Source: Candidatus Parcubacteria bacterium (GTDB taxonomy: Bacteria > Patescibacteriota > Minisyncoccia > Phycocordibacterales > UBA2100). From it: a stretch of 64,000 nt of DNA. A program made the position numbers and the translations under genes. Within the stretch, counting starts at the first letter, position 1; each line of letters starts with the position of its first letter. A model generated the notes under the pieces. That model made no database searches. It saw nothing but the letters and a program-made list of their open reading frames with translations, and was not told the origin of the DNA. The stretch spans positions 2,384 to 66,383 of the forward strand of contig JBEEJY010000019.1 of assembly GCA_041168925.1 (NCBI GenBank), given 5' to 3'. This document shows positions 50,232 through 59,912 of the stretch, in pieces.

Positions 50232-51068
50232 ATGTCCGGAATGGCGCGCAATTTTTTCGAACTCGCGAGAGGGAAGTGGGCGCAGCACAAATTCCTCTGC
50301 GTCGGGCTCGACAGCGATCTCGAAAAGATCCCTGAACACCTTCGCTCAAGCGGCACGCGCGAGGGGATCGTCGCCTTCAACCGCGGCATTGTCGACGCCA
50401 CCAAAGACATCGTGTGCGCATATAAACCGAATCCCGCCTTTTACGAAGCGCACGGCGACGAAGGTTGGGACGCTTTGCGCGAGACGATTCAATACATCAA
50501 CGATGCAGCACCGGAAATTCCCGTGATTCTCGACGGCAAGCGCGCCGACATCGGCAACACCAACGACGCATATGCGGCTTCCGCCTTCGATCACTTGCAT
50601 GCCGACGCACTCACGACGCAGCCGTATCCGGGCTACGAGGCGCTCTCCGCCTTCTTCGAGCGCGAAGACAAAGGCATCTTCGTGTGGTGCCGTTCCTCCA
50701 ACGGCGGTTCCGGCGAGCTGCAGGATCTAACGGTGAACGGAGAGCCTCTTTACATCGTCGTCGCGCGCATGCTTTCAAGAAAATGGAATGGCAGAGGCAA
50801 CTGCGGCTGCATTGCCGGCGCCACGTATCCGGAGGAGCTTGCGAGAGTTCGCGAGGCGGTAGGAGATATGCCGATCCTCGTACCGGGTATCGGCGCGCAA
50901 GGGGGCGATGTCGAGAAAACCGCGCGCGCGGCGGCGGATATGAAAGGCGCGGGTATGATCATCAGCTCCTCGCGCGCCGTCATCTTCGCCTCCGGCGGAA
51001 AAGACTTCGCCGCCGCCGCGCGCGCGAAAGCGCAGGAACTTCATGGCGCGATTATGAAAGCGCTGTAG
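50232..51068 (+). CDS. pyrF: Orotidine-5'-phosphate decarboxylase (long, type-2 form)
   Basis: LDGKRADIGNT (the DxKxxDIxxT catalytic motif). Confidence 0.85.
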   Translation: MSGMARNFFELARGKWAQHKFLCVGLDSDLEKIPEHLRSSGTREGIVAFNRGIVDATKDIVCAYKPNPAFYEAHGDEGWDALRETIQYINDAAPEIPVILDGKRADIGNTNDAYAASAFDHLHADALTTQPYPGYEALSAFFEREDKGIFVWCRSSNGGSGELQDLTVNGEPLYIVVARMLSRKWNGRGNCGCIAGATYPEELARVREAVGDMPILVPGIGAQGGDVEKTARAAADMKGAGMIISSSRAVIFASGGKDFAAAARAKAQELHGAIMKAL

Positions 51069-51079
51069 AATGGCTCGGT

Positions 51080-51718
51080 ATGTCCCTCACCGAAGATGAA
51101 GTACTCGCGCTCCTCCAGAAAGTCGGCGCATTTCGAAGCGGCCACTTCGTTTTTACCCACGGCGCCCACAGCGATACCTATGTCTTGAAAGACGCGATGT
51201 ACGCCTATACGCGCGAGACCTCGCAGGTATGTCGCGAGATGGCAGAACGTTTTAAAAACGACCGTATCGAAGCCGTCATCGGTCCGGCGATCGGCGCGGC
51301 TATCCTGGCGCAGTGGACGGCCCATCATTTGAGCGAGATGGCCGGCCGCGATGTCTTTGCCGTCTATGCCGACAAAGACGGCCAGGGCGGATTCATTATC
51401 AAGCGCGGCTATGATCAGGTGATCAGGGACAAGAATACGCTTGTAGTCGAAGATCTGACGACGACCGGCGGCTCGATCAGAAAAGTAGTCGAAGCCGCGC
51501 GCGCTGTCGGAGCAAAAGTCGTCGGCGCGATCGCGCTCGTCAATCGCGGCGACGTCACCAAGGAGGCCGTGGGCAATCCGCCGCGATTCGAATCGCTTCT
51601 CACGGTGCATCTCGAATCTTGGGAGGGAAAAGAGTGCGAACTGTGCGCGCGCGGCATAGCCATCAATACGGACATCGGCCATGGGAAGGAATTTCTCGCG
51701 CGCGCGCGAAACCGCTAG
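51080..51718 (+). CDS. pyrE: Orotate phosphoribosyltransferase
   Basis: PRPP-binding motif LVVEDLTTTGGS. Confidence 0.9.
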   Translation: MSLTEDEVLALLQKVGAFRSGHFVFTHGAHSDTYVLKDAMYAYTRETSQVCREMAERFKNDRIEAVIGPAIGAAILAQWTAHHLSEMAGRDVFAVYADKDGQGGFIIKRGYDQVIRDKNTLVVEDLTTTGGSIRKVVEAARAVGAKVVGAIALVNRGDVTKEAVGNPPRFESLLTVHLESWEGKECELCARGIAINTDIGHGKEFLARARNR

Positions 51719-51765
51719 GCCGGCATGCTATAATGGCGCTCCATTAGTAATTAGCGAATTGTAAT

Positions 51766-52281
51766 ATGCGAAATATTTGGATTTGGGTAGTTATTGCGAT
51801 CATCGTGATCGGGGGCGGATATTGGTGGATGCAGCGTACTCAAGCTCCGGCGATGAGCGACGACGGTACGCCAGCGGCAGTCGATGCGGCGGAAGATGCC
51901 AACGCGAATATGCCTGAAAACACTCAAATGTCGACCTCTTCGGATGCAAACGCGATGCCGGGAGACGCAGCACAGACGAGTGCCGCGGTTTCCTACGACG
52001 GCAAGTCGTTCACGCCTTCGACCGTCACGATCAAGAAGGGCGGTACGGTGACATGGAATGGCCCGAGCGGCATGTGGGTCGCGTCCGGTCAGCATCCGGA
52101 ACATGCCGGGTATGATGAGACGACGCGGGCCGAACACTGCGCTTCTGGCTACAAGGGCCCGAAGCCATTCGATCAGTGCGCAAAGGGGGCCAGCTACTCA
52201 TTCACGTTCGACAAAGCCGGCACCTGGTCGTATCACGATCACGTCAATGCGTCCGCGTTCGGCAAGGTGATTGTTCAATAG
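51766..52281 (+). CDS. Membrane-anchored cupredoxin-like (blue-copper-fold) protein
   Basis: N-terminal TM helix. The C-terminal domain has SFTPSTVTIKKGGTVTW...H..C....YHDH, consistent with plastocyanin/EfeO-type copper ligands. Confidence 0.5.
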   Translation: MRNIWIWVVIAIIVIGGGYWWMQRTQAPAMSDDGTPAAVDAAEDANANMPENTQMSTSSDANAMPGDAAQTSAAVSYDGKSFTPSTVTIKKGGTVTWNGPSGMWVASGQHPEHAGYDETTRAEHCASGYKGPKPFDQCAKGASYSFTFDKAGTWSYHDHVNASAFGKVIVQ

Positions 52282-52306
52282 CTTCGAAATGCGGTAGAGT
52301 GTCCGC

Positions 52307-53275
52307 ATGAATAATGCGGATTTTCCCGAAGAACTTCTGCTCCGTTTGCGGCGGGCGGAAGTTCTTCGCTATGGCGAAAATCCCCACCAGAGCGCGGCGC
52401 TCTATTTCGATCCCGCGAATCCGCGCCCTGGCGTTGCAGTGGCGCGGATTGTGCAAGGTAAAGAACTCTCGTACAACAATCTGCTCGACGCCGACGCGGC
52501 GTTCGAGTGCGTGGCGGAATTCGACGAGCCGGCGGCGGTCATCGTCAAGCACACGAATCCCTGCGGCGTCGCCATTGCCGAGAGCGCGCACGAGGCGTAC
52601 CTCAAAGCGCTCGCATGCGATCCCGTTTCGGCTTTCGGAGGCATCGTCGCGCTCAACGCCACACTCACCGAAGCGCTCGCGACCGAGCTCGTGAAGCTCT
52701 TTCTAGAGGTCGTTATCGCGCCGGATGCGGAAGATGAGGCTCTCGCGATACTTTCAACGAAGCCGAACGCGCGGGTTTTGCTCACCGGCGGCATGCCCGA
52801 CCCGACCGCGCGGCGCACCGTCGTTCGCTCAATCGCGGGCGGCTTGCTCGTACAGAGCGCCGACGACTCGGTTATCGACGGCGAGCCGAAAGTGGTGACA
52901 AAGCGCGCTCCGACGGCCCGCGAGCTTGAAGAGCTCCTGTTCGCGTTCACCGTCGTGAAGCACGTGAAATCAAACGCGATCGTCTACGCGAAAAATGGCG
53001 CGACAATCGGCATCGGAGCGGGTCAGATGAGCCGCGTATACTCCTCGAAAATTGCCGTGCTCAAGGTCGCCGACGCGGGGCTCACGCTTAAAGGCTCCGT
53101 GATGGCATCCGACGCTTTCTTTCCTTTCCCCGACACCGTAGAGGAAGCCGCGCGCGCCGGCGCGACCGCCATCATAGAGCCAGGCGGCTCGAAGAACGAC
53201 CAAGCTTCGATCGACGCCGCCGACAAGACAGGCATCGCGATGGTCTTCACGGGCATCCGCCATTTCAGGCACTAG
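52307..53275 (+). CDS. purH: AICAR transformylase domain of PurH, stand-alone (no IMP cyclohydrolase/MGS domain)
   Basis: LRYGENPHQ near the N-terminus and SDAFFPF...GIRHFRH at the C-terminus. 322 aa, against about 520 aa for the bifunctional PurH. Confidence 0.85.
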   Translation: MNNADFPEELLLRLRRAEVLRYGENPHQSAALYFDPANPRPGVAVARIVQGKELSYNNLLDADAAFECVAEFDEPAAVIVKHTNPCGVAIAESAHEAYLKALACDPVSAFGGIVALNATLTEALATELVKLFLEVVIAPDAEDEALAILSTKPNARVLLTGGMPDPTARRTVVRSIAGGLLVQSADDSVIDGEPKVVTKRAPTARELEELLFAFTVVKHVKSNAIVYAKNGATIGIGAGQMSRVYSSKIAVLKVADAGLTLKGSVMASDAFFPFPDTVEEAARAGATAIIEPGGSKNDQASIDAADKTGIAMVFTGIRHFRH

Positions 53276-54204
53276 GCTCTCTTGAGATTCATGTAGATAT
53301 CCTCAAGTGCCCGGACGGCGTCGCCGGCGGCTATGTTATTTTGATGGTACAAGATGTCGGTACAATCACCCGCCGCCCAGATCCTCGGGTGCGAGGTGCG
53401 CTGCGTCCTCGAGTCAATCTTGATCATGTTGAACTCGTTCATGTCGACGACGCCTTTCACCCACTCGGTATTCGGGATGAGGCCGATCTCAACGAAAACA
53501 CCCTCCACGTCGGCGCGATGTTCCTCGCCCGTCTTGTTGTCTTTCCATCGCACGCCGGTCACGAATTGATTTCCCTCGATTGCGACGGGCTCCGCGTTTG
53601 TGTACGCGTGCATCTTGGGGTTTGCGAGCGCCGCATCGACGCTGATCTTGTCGGCTCTGAATGCGTCGGTTTTATGAAGCAGGGCCACGCTCTTGCAGTA
53701 GGCGAGTAACTGAAGCGCCGTCTCGAATCCTGCGTTGCCGCCGCCAACGACGAGTACATCCTTGTCGGCAAAGAGAGGCCCGTCGCATGATGCGCAGTAG
53801 GTAAGGCCTTTTTGATCGTACTTTGCGGCACCGGGGATATCGAGTCTTCGGCGATTTGCGCCCGTTGTCACGAGCGCCGCCCCGGCTTCGTACGTCTTAC
53901 CATCTTTGGTCGTGACGCGCACGAGCGCATCGGTGGCTTCGAGTTTGGTCGCGAGCGCGGGAGAGACCACCGTGAGCCATTCTCCGGCGTAACTCTCGAC
54001 GTGTTTTTTGAGGCTCGCCGCAAGTTCGGCTCCTGAAATGGAGGGCGTGCCTATCCAATTTTGCACGTCCGTCGAGACGGTGCTCTGGCCGCCCCATTCG
54101 TTGGTGATGAAAAGCGTCTTGAGGCGCTTGCGCGCGGCATATACCGCTGCGGCGGCCCCTGCGGGGCCGCCGCCAACAATGATAATCTCGTACGAATCCG
54201 CCAT
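53272..54204 (-). CDS. trxB: Thioredoxin reductase
   Basis: FAD site IIVGGGPAG, redox CASCDG, NADPH site VVGGGNAG. Confidence 0.9.
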   Translation of the reverse strand: MADSYEIIIVGGGPAGAAAAVYAARKRLKTLFITNEWGGQSTVSTDVQNWIGTPSISGAELAASLKKHVESYAGEWLTVVSPALATKLEATDALVRVTTKDGKTYEAGAALVTTGANRRRLDIPGAAKYDQKGLTYCASCDGPLFADKDVLVVGGGNAGFETALQLLAYCKSVALLHKTDAFRADKISVDAALANPKMHAYTNAEPVAIEGNQFVTGVRWKDNKTGEEHRADVEGVFVEIGLIPNTEWVKGVVDMNEFNMIKIDSRTQRTSHPRIWAAGDCTDILYHQNNIAAGDAVRALEDIYMNLKRA

Positions 54205-54240
54205 AGGTCGGACCATTATACCGCGCGCGCGATAGTCGGA

Positions 54241-55416
54241 TTACTTTCTGCGCAAAAAAGATGGCAGCCCGCCCCACGAATCGTCGTCTTCCGCAGGAAC
54301 TGCTTTCGCGAGCTCCACGGGTTTCGCCGGTTCTTTCGCTTTTTCCGGTTCGTTGCGCTTCATCTCCTCGCGAGTGCGCGGGTTGACCGGCGGTACGTCA
54401 GCATCCTTCTTGGCGGCAAGGCGTTGGGCACCCGCAAAAAGCGTCGCGCGCTGGACGGTCTCCGGGAAGCCCGTCGCGATGACCGTAACGCGCACCTGGC
54501 CTTTCTTGAGCGCCGGATCGGTGACGGCGCCGAAGATAACCTTCGCATCGGGATCGATCGCTTCGGTGATGACGTTGGCCGCATCCTGCACCTCGAGCAT
54601 TCCGAGATCCTCGCCGCCGGCGACGGAGAAGAGGACCCCCTTCGCGCCGTGGATGGAGACTTCGAGAAGCGGGGAGTTGATCGCGGCGCGGGCGGCAATC
54701 TCGGCGCGATGCTCGCCCATCGCGGTGCCGATGCCCATGAGCGCGCTTCCCGCGTTGTGCATGATCGTCTTCACGTCGGCGAAGTCGACGTTGATGATGC
54801 CTGTTTGCGTGATGAGGTCGGAAATTCCCTCGACTGCTTGTTTCAAGATGTCGTCGCACATCGCAAACGCGTTCTTGATGCCCGTGTCGCGCGAGACGAT
54901 CGTGAGCAACTTGTCGTTGGGGATGATGATGAGCGCGTCGACCGCCTTTCGAAGCTCCGCGAGTCCTTGCTCCGCGAGGCGCATGCGCTGCTGGCCTTCA
55001 AAACCGAACGGTCTCGTGACGACGCCCACCGTAAGCGCGCCGAGTTCTCGCGCGACTTTCGCGACGATCGGCGCGGCGCCGGTGCCGGTGCCTCCACCCA
55101 TACCGCAGGTGATGAAGACCATGTCGGATCCTTTCACCGCTTCTTGGATCTCCTCACGTGTTTCCTCGGCCGCCTGCTTGCCGAGTTCGGCGTTCATGCC
55201 CGCGCCAAGACCGCGCGTGAGATTTTTGCCGACGTGGATTTTTCGCTTCGCTTTGTTTTTATGCAAATCTTGTCCATCGGTATTGATGGCGATAAAATCG
55301 ACTCCCTGCACGTGGCTCGCGATCATGTGATTGACCGCGTTGCCTCCCGAACCTCCGACTCCTATCACTCGTATCCTCGCGAACGACTCGACATCGGGCT
55401 TGATCGCTTTGACCAT
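54241..55416 (-). CDS. ftsZ: Cell division GTPase FtsZ
   Basis: [10 protein letters not shown] and the GGGTGTG tubulin signature. C-terminal linker and peptide present. Confidence 0.95.
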   Translation of the reverse strand: MVKAIKPDVESFARIRVIGVGGSGGNAVNHMIASHVQGVDFIAINTDGQDLHKNKAKRKIHVGKNLTRGLGAGMNAELGKQAAEETREEIQEAVKGSDMVFITCGMGGGTGTGAAPIVAKVARELGALTVGVVTRPFGFEGQQRMRLAEQGLAELRKAVDALIIIPNDKLLTIVSRDTGIKNAFAMCDDILKQAVEGISDLITQTGIINVDFADVKTIMHNAGSALMGIGTAMGEHRAEIAARAAINSPLLEVSIHGAKGVLFSVAGGEDLGMLEVQDAANVITEAIDPDAKVIFGAVTDPALKKGQVRVTVIATGFPETVQRATLFAGAQRLAAKKDADVPPVNPRTREEMKRNEPEKAKEPAKPVELAKAVPAEDDDSWGGLPSFLRRK

Positions 55417-55513
55417 AGTTGGCACATAGTACCATTTCGCGCCAAAGCGCAAACTTGACGTTTTGCAGGAGCCGTGTTTAATTCAGCGACCGCAACAACT
55501 GGAGGAAATTCCA

Positions 55514-55810
55514 ATGGCTTGGCGGATCTTGCTCGTTGGCAGGGACACGTTTCTGCTTCGGAATACGCTGCAAAGCGGCGGCTTCGTGAGCGGGTCGGGG
55601 TTCGAAATGATCGAGGCGGGCGGCATCGATGCCGCTCTGCGCGAATTGAAAAACGATGATTCGATCGTCGCGGTCGTGGTCAGCGAAGCAGCGCAGCGCA
55701 CGAAAATCCGGGCAGACGGTCACGATCGGGCGCAACAGGTTGCCGCGTTCGTGAATAACGCGCACCTGCTTCGTCAAATGCGAAACTTGCGGCCGCACGT
55801 CGCCGCTTGA
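55514..55810 (+). CDS. Degenerate receiver-like (pseudo-REC) small ORF on the strand opposite ftsA/ftsZ
   Basis: GGAGG RBS 9 nt upstream. RILLVGRD...IVAVVVSE resembles the REC beta1/beta3 strands but lacks the conserved Asp residues. About 98 aa. Confidence 0.35.
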   Translation: MAWRILLVGRDTFLLRNTLQSGGFVSGSGFEMIEAGGIDAALRELKNDDSIVAVVVSEAAQRTKIRADGHDRAQQVAAFVNNAHLLRQMRNLRPHVAA

Positions 55811-55882
55811 CCGCCGTCCTAGGGGTGGAGGACCGACCTTTGCCCCGATGCGAGGCGGTCTTCTATTTTATGCATATGAAGC

Positions 55883-55922
55883 ATGTTCAAAATGTCTCAC
55901 GGTCGTGAATGTTTTTGAACAT
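55883..55922. repeat. 40-bp palindromic intergenic element, copy 2 (the most perfect copy)
   Basis: ATGTTCAAAA-tgtcTCACGGTCGTGAatg-TTTTTGAACAT, with perfect 10-11-bp outer arms plus an inner inverted repeat. Confidence 0.75.
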
Positions 55923-55969
55923 TCCGATAGTAGTCAGTTGGTGGCATACGACCGGTTGAGAAGGCAATG

Positions 55970-57142
55970 TTAGGGCAGCAAACTGCGCAAACTTTGTTTG
56001 ATCGAGTCCCATGCGTCGCTAAGTACTCCGCCAAAGGATGCCGTGCTGCTCGCGGTGTCTTCGGCATATGCCCAGCGGCAAAGCCCGTAGGCGACCGCCC
56101 ATGTCGCATCGACCGACGATGACCGCGGCAAGTGTCCGATCTGTGCGATTTGCGACGGGAGCCGCAGTATCGCGCGCGCAATCTCGGCAGAAGTCGCAAG
56201 CCCCGATCCGCCGCCCGTGATCACGATACCGGCAGGGAGGAGGCGGTGACGCCCGATCGATTTCAAATGCGCGTTGACGAGCGTGTACATTTCTTTGAGC
56301 TGAGTCGCGACGATCGTATACATCTTGCGCTCGGGAATATCGGAGCCCGTGATTCCGCCGCGTTTCAGCGATTCGGCCTCGGTGAGCGGCACTTGAAATG
56401 TGAGCGCGATGGATTCCGTAACCGCATTCGAACCGGTCGGAAAAATCTTGAGGGAAATCGGTATGTCTTCTTCGAATACGACGATCGAGAGCGTCTCGGC
56501 ACCGATGTTGGCGAGCACGACTCCCGCCGTCTTTTGGGCCTTGGTGAGAGTTACGAGCGAAGCCGCAAGCGGGGAGGCCATCACGCCTTCCACTTCCACG
56601 CCCGCCGCCTCGACGGCGTCGATACTGTCGTCCTGATGCTGCGAGAGCATCGTGATGAGGAGCGAATCGACGGCGAGTTTCGCGCCCTGCAATCCGAGCG
56701 GTCTGCCGTAGGCTTTATTGCCGTCCACTCGATACTCGAGCGGAATCGCATGGATGACGCTGCGGTTCGTGAGGCGCGCCGAAGCGCGCTTCTCGGCCTC
56801 CTTGAGCGCGCGTTCGATATCGCGCTCGCCGACTATCCCGCCCGATTGGGTAAGCGATACTTCTCCGGTCGAGCGTATCTCGTCAAGCCCGACGCCACCG
56901 AGCCCCACGCGCGCGCGGCGCACTTTTACCTTGGCGGCCGATTCGGCCCGCTGAAGCGCCTCGCGGATGCTTTTTGCCGCTTCTTTTGTATCAATAATAT
57001 AGCCGTGGCGGAGGCCTCGGGAGGCCGCGCTCCCGCTTCCGATCATCGTAAGCGGCATTTCAGGATTCTCTGCCGGCGCGGCGATCACTACTTTGACGTG
57101 GTAGGTGCCGATGTCGATCCCTGTGTAGATTCGTTGTGCCAT
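55970..57142 (-). CDS. ftsA: Cell division protein FtsA
   Basis: Actin-fold N-terminus MAQRIYTGIDIGTYHVKVVIA and SHS2 domain. Confidence 0.9.
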   Translation of the reverse strand: MAQRIYTGIDIGTYHVKVVIAAPAENPEMPLTMIGSGSAASRGLRHGYIIDTKEAAKSIREALQRAESAAKVKVRRARVGLGGVGLDEIRSTGEVSLTQSGGIVGERDIERALKEAEKRASARLTNRSVIHAIPLEYRVDGNKAYGRPLGLQGAKLAVDSLLITMLSQHQDDSIDAVEAAGVEVEGVMASPLAASLVTLTKAQKTAGVVLANIGAETLSIVVFEEDIPISLKIFPTGSNAVTESIALTFQVPLTEAESLKRGGITGSDIPERKMYTIVATQLKEMYTLVNAHLKSIGRHRLLPAGIVITGGGSGLATSAEIARAILRLPSQIAQIGHLPRSSSVDATWAVAYGLCRWAYAEDTASSTASFGGVLSDAWDSIKQSLRSLLP

Positions 57143-57516
57143 TCAAAACCGAATCGTCGGAGTATCCGGCGTTCGTTGCTGTCCATTATACGCCCATGCG
57201 CGAGACCCTTCAGATGAAGGCATCCGTGGACAAAAAGGTGAGCGAGACGATCGGAAAACGACATTCCGTAGAGCTTCGCTTCGCGTTTCGCCCTCGGGGC
57301 ATTGAGGAAAATTTCACCCTCTGTTTTGGTGAGAGGAAAGGAAAGCACATTCGGCGCGTAGCGTTTCTTTCTATATGTCTCGTTCATTTCTTGAGCCAGT
57401 GCGTCTCCGCAGATGACAAGCGAGAGCTCATAGCGCGAAGGAAGCGCCGCTCGGGCAAGCTTTTCAAAGGGGATAGGCGGCATCGGGCCGAGCGAGGTCT
57501 TTCGTATCTCAAGCAT
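57088..57516 (-). CDS. ybeY: rRNA maturation endoribonuclease YbeY
   Basis: HLFVHGCLHLKGLAHG (H..H....H zinc motif). The 3' end overlaps the ftsA start. Confidence 0.8.
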   Translation of the reverse strand: MLEIRKTSLGPMPPIPFEKLARAALPSRYELSLVICGDALAQEMNETYRKKRYAPNVLSFPLTKTEGEIFLNAPRAKREAKLYGMSFSDRLAHLFVHGCLHLKGLAHGRIMDSNERRILRRFGFEWHNESTQGSTSAPTTSK

Positions 57517-57519
57517 TCT

Positions 57520-57840
57520 CTAGCGGGCGATCGGAGTCGTCTCGCCGAGTTTCGATTGCGAGGCACCCTCGGTCTGCGAAGTCTTTGCAAACGGGCGAGC
57601 GTTCATGCGGGTCTCCGGAATGATCTTGCCTTCTTTGACGAGCTTGCGGTATTCGGCGCGGCGCTTGAGTCGCTTGAGCGCGCGTTTTTTCTTGACGGTC
57701 TTTGAGGCGCTGCGAGAGTAATAGCGCGAACCGCGCACCGTTTTCACGAGTCCCGTGCCCTGCACGCGACGGGAGAATTTGCGGATGGTGGAAAGCGTGC
57801 TTTCGTTGCCGCTCTTCGAGACTTCGGCATTAATAGACAT
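57520..57840 (-). CDS. rpsU: 30S ribosomal protein S21 with a C-terminal extension
   Basis: TIRKFSRRVQGTGLVKTVRGSRYYSRSASKTVKKKRALKRLKR matches the S21 pattern (ALRRFKR...R.FYEKP..RK). Confidence 0.7.
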   Translation of the reverse strand: MSINAEVSKSGNESTLSTIRKFSRRVQGTGLVKTVRGSRYYSRSASKTVKKKRALKRLKRRAEYRKLVKEGKIIPETRMNARPFAKTSQTEGASQSKLGETTPIAR

Positions 57841-57896
57841 GTCGCGAGAGCATACCACAAAACACTGCAAAGGCAAAATGATGTATGAAAGAGATT

Positions 57897-59114
57897 CTAC
57901 GCACGTGCTTCACTTCGCCACGCACCGACGCGGCGGCGCTTGAGGTAACCCGGCAATTCGGGAAGGGGAATCGCGTCTTGCGAGTTGGTCGCGACTTCGC
58001 GCACGAGGACCGTACCTTCCATCGCTTCTTTATGGCCCATGATGAGGATGTATGGCGTTGCGAGGCGGCGCGCCGTCATCATTTGCTCGCCGATACGCTC
58101 GTGCCAGATACCCTGGTGCACGGGAATCTCTGATCGCCGGAGCATCTCGAGGACGGAGAGAACGCGCCGCCTCGCTTCGGTGCCGAGATGCGCGAAATAA
58201 ATTGCGGGCTGGACGTGCGAATCGGCTTTCCGCATCTCTCGCTTCACTCTTGTCTTGCCGCGCAGCTCGCAGGTAATAGAGAGAAGCGCGCCGTAGGCGG
58301 GGGCGCGCGTGAAGCGCGAGGCGAGCGGGTCGTAACGGCCGCCAAAGGCGAGCGGCACGCGCACGCCGGTCTCGGCATCGACACTCGATATTTCAAAAAG
58401 CGAATGTGACCAGCAATCGCGGCTTCCCAAAATCTGCGGATTTAGCTCGTAAGGCAGCCCGAAGATCTCGAGGTACTCGAGCAGTTCCCAGAACCTCCGG
58501 CGCTCGTCTTCGGTGAGATACTCCATTGCCTGCGGCGCGCGAGGCGTCGCCGGGTGGCCGCGCTCGATCAATTGCACGAGCGTTCCGAGCGGATCGCTCA
58601 CGACGCGCGGACGAAGCGTGGGCGAAATCGATTCGATGTGTTTGCGCAAATAAGTTCCGACATCGCGTACGTAACGACCGGAAGAATCGGAAGAGCCGAT
58701 ATTGTTGATGGAAAGCAGCCTCCGGTCGATTCCGCTTTCTTCCGCGATCGCGCTGCCGACGACGATAAGCAGTGCTTCGGCGATGGCACTCGATGGTCCG
58801 ACGATATGAAGTTCAAGCGAAAGCGAGGGCATGCCCGCGGAACCGGGAACCATACGCCACGCCAAGACCGCTCCCTCGCCCGGAATGCAATTGAGGCACT
58901 TGCGCGCAGCCGAAAGAAGCGTGCGCTCATCGCGCCGCGCGAATGAAATCTCCGACTCGACTTTTGAAAGCGGCATGATCGGTCGCTTCTGCACGTGCGA
59001 AGGAATGCGCGGTATGTTTTCAAGCGGTGCGAAGCCGTAATATTCGGCGACGCGGATCGCGCTGCCCAGAAATGCGGCAGTGTTCGAGAATCGCGTGTCC
59101 TTCAAACGAATCAT
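57897..59114 (-). CDS. hisS: Histidyl-tRNA synthetase
   Basis: Class II motifs including GGRYD, and a C-terminal anticodon-binding domain. Confidence 0.9.
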   Translation of the reverse strand: MIRLKDTRFSNTAAFLGSAIRVAEYYGFAPLENIPRIPSHVQKRPIMPLSKVESEISFARRDERTLLSAARKCLNCIPGEGAVLAWRMVPGSAGMPSLSLELHIVGPSSAIAEALLIVVGSAIAEESGIDRRLLSINNIGSSDSSGRYVRDVGTYLRKHIESISPTLRPRVVSDPLGTLVQLIERGHPATPRAPQAMEYLTEDERRRFWELLEYLEIFGLPYELNPQILGSRDCWSHSLFEISSVDAETGVRVPLAFGGRYDPLASRFTRAPAYGALLSITCELRGKTRVKREMRKADSHVQPAIYFAHLGTEARRRVLSVLEMLRRSEIPVHQGIWHERIGEQMMTARRLATPYILIMGHKEAMEGTVLVREVATNSQDAIPLPELPGYLKRRRVGAWRSEARA

Positions 59115-59704
59115 TGAGTGTATCTTGCCTCGTTCGGGAAGAGGCCGATCTTGCCGAACGGGTACAGGCGCGCGAACACGCGTCCGACGATGTCATTGCG
59201 TGGCAGCGTCCCCCAGATGCGCGAGTCTGATGAAACGCGGCGGTTGTCTCCGAGCACGAAATATTCATCTTTCCCGAGAGTTACGCGCAGCTCGTTGACA
59301 CCGCCGAGGTTTTTCGGATCGAGATACGGCTCGGAAAGTTTCAGCCCATCGGGATATTGCGTATTGATGACAGTCACGTTCTGCCCGGAAAGGACGATCG
59401 TGTCGCCCGGGAGTCCGATCACCCGCTTAATGAGCGCCCGACTCGTCTCTTGCGGAAGATCGAGTACTATCACGTCACCTCTCACGGGCTCAAAGAAGCG
59501 GTAGGTGACGCGATCGATGATGAGATAATGGTAATTGTCGAAATTCGGCTCCATCGATGCGCCGATGACGACGTACGGAGATGCGACGAAGAAGCGAACG
59601 AAAAGCGCGAGCCCGAGTGCGACGACCGTATAACTGATGAGAGATCTCTGCGCGCTTGGTTGAGTACCCGATGATGAATTTTTTTCAATCTCGGGCAGAG
59701 ACAT
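59111..59704 (-). CDS. lepB: Signal peptidase I
   Basis: GASMEP (Ser box), KRVIGLPGD (Lys box), GDNRRVSSDSR. Confidence 0.9.
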   Translation of the reverse strand: MSLPEIEKNSSSGTQPSAQRSLISYTVVALGLALFVRFFVASPYVVIGASMEPNFDNYHYLIIDRVTYRFFEPVRGDVIVLDLPQETSRALIKRVIGLPGDTIVLSGQNVTVINTQYPDGLKLSEPYLDPKNLGGVNELRVTLGKDEYFVLGDNRRVSSDSRIWGTLPRNDIVGRVFARLYPFGKIGLFPNEARYTQ

Positions 59705-59912
59705 GCGCGATATTGTACTGTGCGGAGAGGATTGACACCAAGTGAAGGGAGTGTTGCATGTCTTTTCGGCGCAATGCGGGTCGCAGAGTACGAGATTTTT
59801 TTGCTAAAAAATCTCTCGGCGCTCGCTCCGTCGAGCTCACGAGCCTCCGCAACCCGCACTGCGCCTCAAAACATGGTGGGAGGAGGGAAAATAGGATAGA
59901 ATACGCGGCTAT

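Noticed and set aside
50465-51079. Long out-of-frame ORF (50465..51718) upstream portion overlapping pyrF
   Set aside because: Only its last 212 codons correspond to PyrE. The upstream part is an Arg-rich alternative frame of pyrF.
54353-55330. 325-aa plus-strand ORF and other frames antisense to ftsZ
   Set aside because: Inside ftsZ. Ala/Ser/Pro-rich shadow frame.
58286-59023. 245-aa plus-strand Arg-rich ORF and the minus frame 58598..59023 within hisS
   Set aside because: Overlap a well-supported hisS. Extreme Arg content.
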